The notes beneath the pieces were generated by a model. The model made no database searches. It saw nothing but the letters and a program-made list of their open reading frames with translations, and had not been told where the DNA came from. A stretch of 64,000 nucleotides of DNA from the IMG/VR virus record IMGVR_UViG_3300026097_001055, positions 32,001-96,000 of that record; one strand, given 5' to 3'. Position 1 is the first letter of the stretch. Every line of letters starts with the position of its first letter. The stretch is from a virus. Both the position numbers and the translations under genes were made by a program. This document shows, piece by piece, positions 16,901-25,565 of this stretch.

Positions 16901-19277
16901 TGGTCCTGATTTTATACATGACTTAAATCCAGCTGATGCAGATAAGTCTTTAATTACAGTAGGTACTAGTGGTGCTGATGTAGACATATGGAAAACATTA
17001 AGTTCAGGTCAACCTTTTGAATTAAACAATACTATATCAAGTCATTATGCTGCAGTAAAGCTTAGAAATAGAAATCAATATGGACAAGTAGAAGGAGTAG
17101 ATCAGGTTCCTGTAACAGAATGTGAAGAAATTATTGACACTACTTTGTTAGATGAAGTAATTGTAGATTGTGATGGTGTAGATAAGATTCAAAAAATAAT
17201 TACATCTAGTAATATATATTTTGGAGGAGATGTTTACATTAACAGATATACTGAAAAAAACAACATGTTATTTTTTAATAACTGGATGTATGATTTACCT
17301 GATGGTACTGAATATAATTATTTCTTATCACAACTAGTCCCTCAAGTTAGATTTTGGGCAAACACTAATCAATATGACGTAGGGGCCTTTACAGAAAATC
17401 TTTCTCCTCTTCCTCTTTCTAACATTATTAACTTTTTTAATCCTACTACGGCCAATAATTTAACAGGTCAGGGAGCATTACCTAGAAGTTTTTATAAATT
17501 AGATACTAAAAAATATGATTATAGTAATGGTGCATTTGGTGCATTTAATCCAGGTGGTTATCCAGGTTTATTTGCTACTAAAGAATCATTCTTTTATTTA
17601 GGAGTATCTTCTATTAGAGATTTCTTTGTAGAGAGTGAAGTAATGGTAGATCATAGAATAGCTAAAGAGCTACCTTATGAAAAACATTACAATCCTTATG
17701 GTTATAATAATCTAGCTGAATTACTAAATATTAATCCTGATTGGATTACTAGAGGTAATAGTTATTTCTATGATTACTCTTTAAGTATTAGTAAGTTGTT
17801 TACTGAATATTTTTCACAAGGTGTAAGTCAAAACAGATTCTATGACCCTAGTATTGCCAGCCAGTGTTACACTTATCTTCCAGACAGAATAGTATATTCC
17901 CTACCTCAAGTTCAAGAATCAGTCAAAGATTCATGGTTTACTTATCTTGCAAATAACTATAAAAGTTTTCAAGATGAAATATCAGGAGTTAAAAACTTTG
18001 CCAAAACTGGTATATTTGTAGCATTTAAAAATGCATCTCCTTTAATCCTTCAAGGTGTAGATGAGTTACAGACAGAGGGTGGTATAAAAATAACTATAGG
18101 TGATGGTGGTTTATTTGCAAGACAACCTCAAAATGTAACTAATGCTGATAGACCTTATGAGTATGGTTCTTGTCAGAATAGATTGTCTATTATATCTACA
18201 CCAGCTGGAATGTTTTATGCTTCTCAAAATCAAGGTAAGTTGTTTACTTATGGGAAAGGTATACAAGAAATATCCAGTAAAGGAATGAAATGGTGGTTTG
18301 CTAGATTTTTACCTTATAAATTATTAGAAGATTTTCCTGATTATCCTCATACTGATAATCCTGTTGCTGGTATAGGTATACATACATCTTACAATAGTTA
18401 TAATACGGTTTTGTATTTTTCTAAAAGAGATTTTAAACTTAGAGATGAATATAAAGGAGAGTTAACTTATAATTCTGATACAGAAACCTTTACTTTAAGA
18501 AGAGGTCAAACAACTCTTACAAATATTATTTTAGGTGATCCTTCTTATTTTGAAGATGCTTCCTGGACTATATCTTATGATCCAAAAAATCAATTCTGGA
18601 TAAGTTTCCATGATTGGCATCCTAATTTATTTTTACCCTCTAGAAACTTTTTCTTTACGTCTAAAGAAGATAGTATATGGAAACATTCTCAAGGATGTGA
18701 CAGTTACTGTAACTTCTATGGTGTAGATTATCCATTTGAAGTAGAGTTACCTATAGCTACAGGACAACAAGTAAATACTATCAGGTCTATGGAATACATA
18801 TTAGAATGTTACAGAAGATCTGAATTAAATTGTATAGATGAATTTCATGTACTAGACTTTAACTTTGATAAAGCTATAGTATACAACACAGAACAAACTT
18901 CAGGTATATTAGAGTTAATACCTTACCCTAAGAATAATCCTTTTGCTGCACAAACTTATCCTCTTCTGGCTACTGGTCCAGACAGATATCAAATACTTTT
19001 TTCTAAAGAAGAAAACAAATATAGATTTAATCAATTCTGGGATATAACTGAAGACAGAGGAGAGTTTACAGCTGCTGAAGAAAACATATGGTTTACACAG
19101 GCTAACGGATATATTAAAGAATTAAATCCTTTAAACTTAGATTATAACAAACCTGTATTAGAAAGAAAACGTTTTAGACATTACATAAATTTCTTACATT
19201 TGTCTAGAGAAGTTTCAGGTGATACAAACATGTTATTAAAAATAGTAAATACTAAAAAAACTTATTCTCCAAGATAA
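13965..19277 (+). CDS. Tail stabilization / muzzle protein (Tstab-like)
   Basis: 1770 aa; NTFIKGLNKD start, YMRDEVYSFFI, FGGDVYINRY and SWTISYDP....WISFHDWHP motifs typical of crAss-like stabilization proteins. Confidence 0.8.
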   Translation: MAKKNNQNITSANTNTFIKGLNKDSNTTFVQEGMWVHARNAVNNTIEGDLGTISNEASNTLCVSVLQNAPVSPSAIKKIIGVIHLFADKWVIFSSVNDQVNTSFSLYSEIGLFEEDECTYRVIVEQDRCLGFSMYHLITGASRLQEDCSWGVYFSDGNNPDRYINIGDPKDWPTDSYNGNNYYGADNILWPGIEWEEDCVINQDDLECPDPNQGCKECTQQNTLDCDKIRLARVFKTPCLKLSVAEEGGQLANGTYFVVAAYSIKQQKVTDWFSPSNIQPLAYEEQPNGALKIEVDAEQDAFDEFVLTLVSVINQQTTAYEIGYYNTNTSTIIIDILDPRLKAIPLRELPLQNPVYEKSDQILEVNNYLLRVGPTSKFDFNYQPLANLIEANWVSVEYDADYYVKQGYKPSYMRDEVYSFFIRWVYDTGDKSSSYHIPGRSPETITIPCTETTQLECETIEPNHNVIVTGEKVFEVFNTATITDPTVSTLEDGGKVIAKGKMGYWESSEIYPSDKKEIWNSASYCWTGTTDPKYNLCGKYIRHHKFPEQGTGPQVHHYFNDNNDMKIRLLGVQFDNIILPKDNDGNDIPGIVGYEILRGSRAGNKSIIAKGMLNNMRPYNNIQSSNTGVEQKSLYPNYPFNTIIPKNPTNGTAEGTLNPSGQANDPYIINVELENSGGVFNPLKLKERNVELTDIPKNIVSFHSPDTNFITPRIATGELKTYGYLLGQCSQNFVEPDKHPKHKLLNNKVFYAMLVGALVKMIVDTSGKVTIKRPKAVAGTGLGGDTGNAATVAASSIFTPAYTAAKTAYNQAQENFLNKLAPGDPSAVAALNNLLGVINTASLSGVTTATTNNDEITTEGGLKNIFPGLSNIAIQTAAVINTYTLSWTQGAGDAIQILRTLTPYRQYALQMQAHGFYDEFKPIDCSKRTRFTIDSALYLKKNSKQQLKKDADDVTYVVNNLLRQRTVVINTRSTTSDADGPDFIHDLNPADADKSLITVGTSGADVDIWKTLSSGQPFELNNTISSHYAAVKLRNRNQYGQVEGVDQVPVTECEEIIDTTLLDEVIVDCDGVDKIQKIITSSNIYFGGDVYINRYTEKNNMLFFNNWMYDLPDGTEYNYFLSQLVPQVRFWANTNQYDVGAFTENLSPLPLSNIINFFNPTTANNLTGQGALPRSFYKLDTKKYDYSNGAFGAFNPGGYPGLFATKESFFYLGVSSIRDFFVESEVMVDHRIAKELPYEKHYNPYGYNNLAELLNINPDWITRGNSYFYDYSLSISKLFTEYFSQGVSQNRFYDPSIASQCYTYLPDRIVYSLPQVQESVKDSWFTYLANNYKSFQDEISGVKNFAKTGIFVAFKNASPLILQGVDELQTEGGIKITIGDGGLFARQPQNVTNADRPYEYGSCQNRLSIISTPAGMFYASQNQGKLFTYGKGIQEISSKGMKWWFARFLPYKLLEDFPDYPHTDNPVAGIGIHTSYNSYNTVLYFSKRDFKLRDEYKGELTYNSDTETFTLRRGQTTLTNIILGDPSYFEDASWTISYDPKNQFWISFHDWHPNLFLPSRNFFFTSKEDSIWKHSQGCDSYCNFYGVDYPFEVELPIATGQQVNTIRSMEYILECYRRSELNCIDEFHVLDFNFDKAIVYNTEQTSGILELIPYPKNNPFAAQTYPLLATGPDRYQILFSKEENKYRFNQFWDITEDRGEFTAAEENIWFTQANGYIKELNPLNLDYNKPVLERKRFRHYINFLHLSREVSGDTNMLLKIVNTKKTYSPR

Positions 19278-22200
19278 TGTATAATAAGAAAGCTATATCA
19301 GATGCATTAGCTAAGCTTAATAAAGCTAAAGCACCAAAACAGGAACCGGATATTATTTATTCTGAAAGAGGTCAGTGGGATCATCCTGGTGAAGTAACTA
19401 GAGTACCAAGTTCTAATATAACTATGCAAGGAGTAGATACTCCACTATTAGGTATAGATAATTTAGGTAATCAACAAATGATGTACCCAGGAGCTGAATA
19501 TAATTTCCCCGGTGCTGATTATGTAGATGAATATCCTATAGCTAAATACGGTGGTCTTGTAACAGGATTAACTAATACAAAGGGTAACCTTCTGATGAAC
19601 AAGAAGGGAAAAAGAATGATGGCTAAATCAGGTAGCTTATCTGCTACTAATGAGTTATTTTTAGGTAACCCTCTTGTTAGTAAAAGAAAAAAATCAGTAT
19701 TTGTTCCTGGTCATGATTTTCAAAAAGGTGGTGATTCACAAAAAATTAATAAATTAAAACAAGAATTTGCTGACAGTCTTTATAATCAATTTAATAACCC
19801 TAGTACAAGAAGTAGAAGATTAAGAAAAAAAGTAACTCCTAAAGATCCTTTATATAAATCTTTATGGAACCTTTCTAATAGGGATGGGTATGAAAGAGAG
19901 GTTATGGAAAATTATCAACCTTCTGAAATATATTATGATCCTCTTAATACAGACTTTACTTTTCCAGTATTTAAAGATAGATATGAAATACCAAAACCTG
20001 TAATTTCAAACAAAGTAGACAGGCTACCTGCTAAAAGTATAGAAACACCTGAAATATCAAAAGAAATAATACCTTCTGAAAGAGCAACCATGGATTTAAA
20101 AACTTATACAGATCCTTGGTCAGGTAAACAAGAAGTAATGAATAGATCTCAACATCTCCAAAGACAAAGAGCTCATTATAAAGGAGAAGAGAAACCTGAA
20201 GTTTTTGAAAGAGGTTTTGAAGATAGAATATCAGGAAGACAAGCTTTACCTGAACAAATTATAAATTATAAACAATCAAGACCTCAAGAATATCCAGAGT
20301 TTAATAAAAACTTGTCTAAAATGATAGGTGTTATAGGTATGCCGAAAAAATCTATTAACTCTAACTTAAGCTTAAATGATTTTCAAGAAGGAGGTGTTAT
20401 AGAATTAGAGCTAACTCCAGAAGAAATAGAACAATATAAAAAAGAAGGTTATGTAGTTGAAGAATATCAAGATGGTGGAAAAATAATTTCAGAACATGGA
20501 TGGGATTATAAAAAAGAAAATGATGAGTATTTTACTAGAAAAACAGGATCTGATAAATGGATTTCTCCTAAAGGAGAAGCTCTTAAAGCTATACAACAAA
20601 AAATATTTAATGATGTAGATTATACAGAGTCAGATAAAAAAAGTGATTATATAAATAATGTGCAACAGCTTATAAGTAATGGTTATACATTAGAAGATTT
20701 AGTTAAACAAAGAGTAGGTACTAAACAAGGATTACTTGAATTGTTTCCACAACTTGCCGATGGTAGCACAACACCTGTAGAAAAATCACCAGTAACTCCA
20801 AAAAAAGACGTTAATGTAGTAAAAGAAAAACCTATTCTTGATACAAGACCTTCAATGCTAAACTTAGGTCTAGCAGATTATAATAGACCTAAAATGTTTA
20901 ATACTAATATTGATGAAATAAAAGCTAGAGCTAAAGCAGATGCTATTGTTAATGTAGAAAAGGAAAATGCTATTTTAAAAAGACCTACAAAAATGCCTTA
21001 TATGCCTTCATGGCAAGATTATGCTGCTAGGATTAATCAAGGTTTAACTAAACCAGAATATACAGAAGCTGAACTTACAGATGAGGAGATAGCAGAACTA
21101 CAAGCTCAAGGTCATATAGTAGAAGAGGTAACTGAACCTGAACCTTGGTTAAACAGTTTACAAAATAATGTAAGTCAACAAAGCATCTATAATACAGATA
21201 ATGTTACTTTAGATCCTTTTGGAAGAAAACCTAAGTATGGACCTACTGAAGAACAAATGTTAAAGCTACAAGAGTTTATGAAGACTCCTGAAGAAAAAGG
21301 TTTAAAATCATGGGAGCCTCAAACTATAAGATTAAAATCTTGGGATGAAACTGAACTAGGCCATGCTACAAATGAATTATCTAAGATTTTTGAAAAAGCA
21401 GAAGAGGTTTTAGCAGGTATCAGTACAGAAGGTTTGGGTAACGTGATAGAACAAATTCAACAGGGAAGTAGTGATCCTGAATCATTAGGAGAGGTGAAAG
21501 TATTAAAAGAAGAAGAACCTGTAAAGGAGACAGAACCTGTGTACAACATACAAGATTTAGATCCTTTTAAATTTGTAGGTGAAAGAAATGGAGAAATTAT
21601 TCAAACGTATACTATACCTTTAATTAACGAACCTAATACATCAGTTATGTATAGAAACAGAGGTGATGAATCAGATATAATGGGTAAAAAACTAGCTTAT
21701 ACTTATGCACCTTTTAAACCTTATAAAGAAACATTAAATAAAAAATATGGAAGTTTAAGTGCTAACGATAACTCTTATGTAATAGCTCTTACAGCTGATG
21801 GGATTAAAGGAGGTAAGCTAAAAGATTTTAAAGATACAGATACTCCGTTATCACCTACTTATGTTACCAAAAATGTAACTGAGCTTGTAATTGAACCTGA
21901 TAATAAATATTTTGACGGAATTAAACAAAAAGGATTAGGTTTAAGAACATCAAAAGATACTGTTAAATATATACCTGTAGGTACTTCAGATAGTCAAAGT
22001 GGAAGTTTCAAAAATTGGAGTGGTGGACATTTATTAGTAGAAAACCCAAAAACTAAAGTTATGGTTGTACTTCATGGTAGATCTGATCAATTAAAAGAAA
22101 TGTTTAATAAGTATTTAGAAACTGAAGGTATTGAATCTGCAAACATTTATGAAACTGATCATAAAGCATATTCTTTAATAACTAATCCAAAAGATGGAAT

Positions 22201-22294
22201 ACATAAAGGAATTAAAAATAGACAACTAGACAATTATAATACAGAAAGATCAGGAGCCGGTAACTTTATTTACTTACAGGAAATCAATGAATAA
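19277..22294 (+). CDS. Putative virion cargo protein
   Basis: 1005 aa, apparently Cys-free; GQWDHPG..T....ITM.GV N-terminal domain; xxGG motifs; two ELT.EEI modules. Confidence 0.65.
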   Translation: MYNKKAISDALAKLNKAKAPKQEPDIIYSERGQWDHPGEVTRVPSSNITMQGVDTPLLGIDNLGNQQMMYPGAEYNFPGADYVDEYPIAKYGGLVTGLTNTKGNLLMNKKGKRMMAKSGSLSATNELFLGNPLVSKRKKSVFVPGHDFQKGGDSQKINKLKQEFADSLYNQFNNPSTRSRRLRKKVTPKDPLYKSLWNLSNRDGYEREVMENYQPSEIYYDPLNTDFTFPVFKDRYEIPKPVISNKVDRLPAKSIETPEISKEIIPSERATMDLKTYTDPWSGKQEVMNRSQHLQRQRAHYKGEEKPEVFERGFEDRISGRQALPEQIINYKQSRPQEYPEFNKNLSKMIGVIGMPKKSINSNLSLNDFQEGGVIELELTPEEIEQYKKEGYVVEEYQDGGKIISEHGWDYKKENDEYFTRKTGSDKWISPKGEALKAIQQKIFNDVDYTESDKKSDYINNVQQLISNGYTLEDLVKQRVGTKQGLLELFPQLADGSTTPVEKSPVTPKKDVNVVKEKPILDTRPSMLNLGLADYNRPKMFNTNIDEIKARAKADAIVNVEKENAILKRPTKMPYMPSWQDYAARINQGLTKPEYTEAELTDEEIAELQAQGHIVEEVTEPEPWLNSLQNNVSQQSIYNTDNVTLDPFGRKPKYGPTEEQMLKLQEFMKTPEEKGLKSWEPQTIRLKSWDETELGHATNELSKIFEKAEEVLAGISTEGLGNVIEQIQQGSSDPESLGEVKVLKEEEPVKETEPVYNIQDLDPFKFVGERNGEIIQTYTIPLINEPNTSVMYRNRGDESDIMGKKLAYTYAPFKPYKETLNKKYGSLSANDNSYVIALTADGIKGGKLKDFKDTDTPLSPTYVTKNVTELVIEPDNKYFDGIKQKGLGLRTSKDTVKYIPVGTSDSQSGSFKNWSGGHLLVENPKTKVMVVLHGRSDQLKEMFNKYLETEGIESANIYETDHKAYSLITNPKDGIHKGIKNRQLDNYNTERSGAGNFIYLQEINE

Positions 22295-22336
22295 ACTTTT
22301 AAAGTTTAATTGTTATAAATAAATTTAGTATATTTA
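22292..22336 (+). promoter_or_regulatory. Promoter with 17-bp palindromic operator (copy 1)
   Basis: TAAACT-TTTAA-AGTTTA, 20-nt spacer, TATATTTA. Confidence 0.6.
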
Positions 22337-22352
22337 ATTAAAGACTATAAGC

Positions 22353-25300
22353 ATGTCACAAAAGAAAAGAGTTAGAATATATAAAGCTGGAGGTCAGCAA
22401 GGAGCTTATATAAATCCAACAGCTAAATGGATGATGCAGATGGGTGGAGCACCTCAAGAAATGATGGATACTCAGATGCAAGAAATTCAATCTATGCAGC
22501 AACCTGGAATGATGGATCCTAATATACAACAACCACAAGACATTGATTCTCAACAGTTAATGCAAGTTGTTATGGATCAAAGGGAACAGGGTGCAGAATT
22601 TAAAGAAATTATAAACATGCTTATAGATACTGTACCTGGAATAGATAATCAATTACTTATGCAAGTTGTTCAGGAGGTACAGATGATGGAACAACAACAA
22701 GGATTAGGTGAACAACCTCCTATTGAAGACCAAGAACTTGATGAAAAAGAATTGTTAAGAAAAGGAGGTTATGTAGCAGAAAAATATAATGAAAGCGGAT
22801 CAATTACTGATCCACCTCCCGGAATTTTAGGAGAAGTTAATTCTGAAGGATACTTTCCTTACAGCCCTCCAGGATATAATTTAAGAAAAGGAGTTTCTTA
22901 TCAAGAAGATCCTGAAAATTGGGAATTTTGGAAAAAAAATAACAAAGTTTATAGAAAAGATTTAAGTTCTGGTAATTATACTAAATTGCGCCCTCCTACA
23001 AAAGATGATTTAAAGTTTTTAGAAGATTTTTCTATATGGGCTAATAGTAAAGAAAGAGATTCTGATAAAGTTCAACAAAGATATGATAAAGAAGTAAGGC
23101 CTCTTCTTAAATCTTTAGATAGACCTATAAAACCTGTTAATAATCCAAAAGATGCAGATATAGAGAAAATGGTTTCTGATGGTACGTTTTGTGATGATTG
23201 TAGTTATCGCTATTCTGCATATGACATGTATGATTTTGAAAAAATGCCTGTGCCAGAAGATTATCCAGAAGATAAAAAATCTAAACCTGGATATAGGTAT
23301 CATCGAGAGTGGAATCCGTTTACTCATCAATATGAAGCTATGAGTCCTACACAGCACAGAATGTTAGAACGAGAAGCTCTTAAAATTCAAAATCAAGGAA
23401 TAACACCCACAGCTGATAATATGCCTGTTATTGAAAACCGAGAGTTGTTAGATGCAGTAACTAGAAAAAATGTAGGAATTAGACCTTGGTCAGGTTCAAT
23501 TGGTTTTGGACGAGAAGAGGAAGATATCATAAATGAAGAAAATAAAAAATCTAGTAAGTTTCAAAATCACCAAGAGTTGTTAAATGAAATAAATAAAGAA
23601 TCTAATAAGCCGTTTGGAAAATTAAAAAAAGGAGGTAATCCTAAGCAACTTCGTAAAAAGTTTGTTAAAGAATATGTTAAAGGAGGTATTGCTCAAAATG
23701 CTAAAGCTTCAGAAGTTGCTAGAGATTCAGCTTTTAGTCTTTTAGATTTTGTTGGTAGAACTAATAAAGAAAGTCTACTTAAAACTAAAGCAGAAAAATT
23801 AGCCGAGTCAATATTTCCTGAGCAAAGCATGCCTGCTATGTATAGAGGTGGCATACGTAAAGCTCAACCAGGGCTTAATGTGCATTCTGATAAAGATGCA
23901 AATGAAGCAGCTGAAGAAACTTATACTAAAGCTCAAATGGAAGCTTATGTTAAAGATCAAATAGAGAATAGTCAAAAAGCATATCAAGAACAATTTCAAA
24001 AACAATTTCAAGGTTATCCTAGAGGGTATGGTTACGGCTATGGTGTTCCTGGTGGGTATGGATATCCTTATGGTCCAGGCATGCCTTCACCTAGCAGCGG
24101 ATTTCATGATGTAGGAGGTAAAGGTTATCCTTTGTTTTATAATGCAGGTCCTGGTATGGGATATGCAGGTGTAAGATATCCTCAACTAGGTAATCTTATG
24201 AACATGTTTTCAAAAGATCCAGATAAAGTAACTTATAGTAGTAACTTATCTGCAGAAGAATTGAAAAATGTTTTAGGTGATGATTTTCAAGGATATGATA
24301 GAGAAGTTCTTGATTATGATAAAAGATTTTTACGGAAACCTTTTGAAAAACATGTTAGATACACAATCAATAGAGGAAAAGGTAAAGCGGATGCAACTAA
24401 AGATGAAAAGTTTTGGGAAGATCATTATATAGATCCTACAACAGGAAAAATAATTAGTCATTCTAGTTACGGAAATGAAGATGCAACTACAAATAATCTA
24501 CAAGATAATACACAAGATGAAAGAAGTGGTTTTATTAGTAATTTGTTTAACCGAGATAATGAAAGCTCAGACAAAAAAAGATTTAACCCTTTTAATAGAG
24601 TTGATAGAATACTAAGAAGAGCTGAAAGACAAGGTAATAATGACCCTATGTTAAATTATACTTCACCTAATAAATCTATAAAGCCTGATTTAAAACCTAA
24701 TGAATCTTCTTCAAGTGGTTCTCAATATGATTCCAGACAAGAACTGACACCTGATGAAGGTAAAGGAACTTGGGAAGGTAAACAACAATTTATGGAAGGT
24801 TTAATAGGAAGTCAATTACAATTACCTAAAACAAGTAATAATAAAAAAGAAAGTAGCACTGACTTACCTGAAGGTTTTCCTATAGATACTCGTGGTCCCC
24901 GTGAAATGGCTTATGGTGGTGTACCTAAATATTATCCAGGTGGTCCAACACCTTTATATACATCTAACCCTTTAGAAGAAGAAAATCAAGCTATATTAAA
25001 TGCTGGAAAAAGAAACAATTATGGTCAAGTAGAGATTCCTGATTATTCTAAGGCTTATACTTTGCTAACTCAAAAAGATTATTTTTCTCCAGAAAAAAGT
25101 ATAGACAGACAAGCTGAATTATTACCTGGTTATGGTACTGTTAAAATAATGTCTGATAAAGGTACTGATAAAGGTACTGATAAAGGTACTGATAAAGGTA
25201 CTGATACTAAAAATCCGTACATAGATGAAAAAACTGAAGAAGGTCAATCTTATATAGATCCTTCAGCTATATATAATTTTGGTGTGCAGGCATTTACTAA

Positions 25301-25565
25301 TATGGATAGATATAATCAGAAAACACAAAACGATATACTATCTCTAGGTCAAAGTACTAATCAACCTATAGATTTTACAAGAAGTCAAAACCCTTATGGT
25401 CCTACAGGACAGTTATTAGATAACAGATTAATAGATAATCAAGGTATTTTGGCTAAACGTGGAGGAGCTATGGGTAAATATAAAGCAGGTGGTACTTACA
25501 TGTTAGAACAAGATGTTATAAATAAAATTAAAGCCGCTGGCGGTATCATTAAATTTTTAGACTAA
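22353..25565 (+). CDS. Putative virion cargo protein, low complexity (M/Q- and G/Y/P-rich)
   Basis: 1070 aa with about 10 xxGG motifs; lies between the muzzle and RNAP genes. Confidence 0.65.
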   Translation: MSQKKRVRIYKAGGQQGAYINPTAKWMMQMGGAPQEMMDTQMQEIQSMQQPGMMDPNIQQPQDIDSQQLMQVVMDQREQGAEFKEIINMLIDTVPGIDNQLLMQVVQEVQMMEQQQGLGEQPPIEDQELDEKELLRKGGYVAEKYNESGSITDPPPGILGEVNSEGYFPYSPPGYNLRKGVSYQEDPENWEFWKKNNKVYRKDLSSGNYTKLRPPTKDDLKFLEDFSIWANSKERDSDKVQQRYDKEVRPLLKSLDRPIKPVNNPKDADIEKMVSDGTFCDDCSYRYSAYDMYDFEKMPVPEDYPEDKKSKPGYRYHREWNPFTHQYEAMSPTQHRMLEREALKIQNQGITPTADNMPVIENRELLDAVTRKNVGIRPWSGSIGFGREEEDIINEENKKSSKFQNHQELLNEINKESNKPFGKLKKGGNPKQLRKKFVKEYVKGGIAQNAKASEVARDSAFSLLDFVGRTNKESLLKTKAEKLAESIFPEQSMPAMYRGGIRKAQPGLNVHSDKDANEAAEETYTKAQMEAYVKDQIENSQKAYQEQFQKQFQGYPRGYGYGYGVPGGYGYPYGPGMPSPSSGFHDVGGKGYPLFYNAGPGMGYAGVRYPQLGNLMNMFSKDPDKVTYSSNLSAEELKNVLGDDFQGYDREVLDYDKRFLRKPFEKHVRYTINRGKGKADATKDEKFWEDHYIDPTTGKIISHSSYGNEDATTNNLQDNTQDERSGFISNLFNRDNESSDKKRFNPFNRVDRILRRAERQGNNDPMLNYTSPNKSIKPDLKPNESSSSGSQYDSRQELTPDEGKGTWEGKQQFMEGLIGSQLQLPKTSNNKKESSTDLPEGFPIDTRGPREMAYGGVPKYYPGGPTPLYTSNPLEEENQAILNAGKRNNYGQVEIPDYSKAYTLLTQKDYFSPEKSIDRQAELLPGYGTVKIMSDKGTDKGTDKGTDKGTDTKNPYIDEKTEEGQSYIDPSAIYNFGVQAFTNMDRYNQKTQNDILSLGQSTNQPIDFTRSQNPYGPTGQLLDNRLIDNQGILAKRGGAMGKYKAGGTYMLEQDVINKIKAAGGIIKFLD
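25153..25206 (+). repeat. 12-bp coding tandem repeat x4.5 (DKGT)
   Basis: CTGATAAAGGTA perfect copies. Confidence 0.95.
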
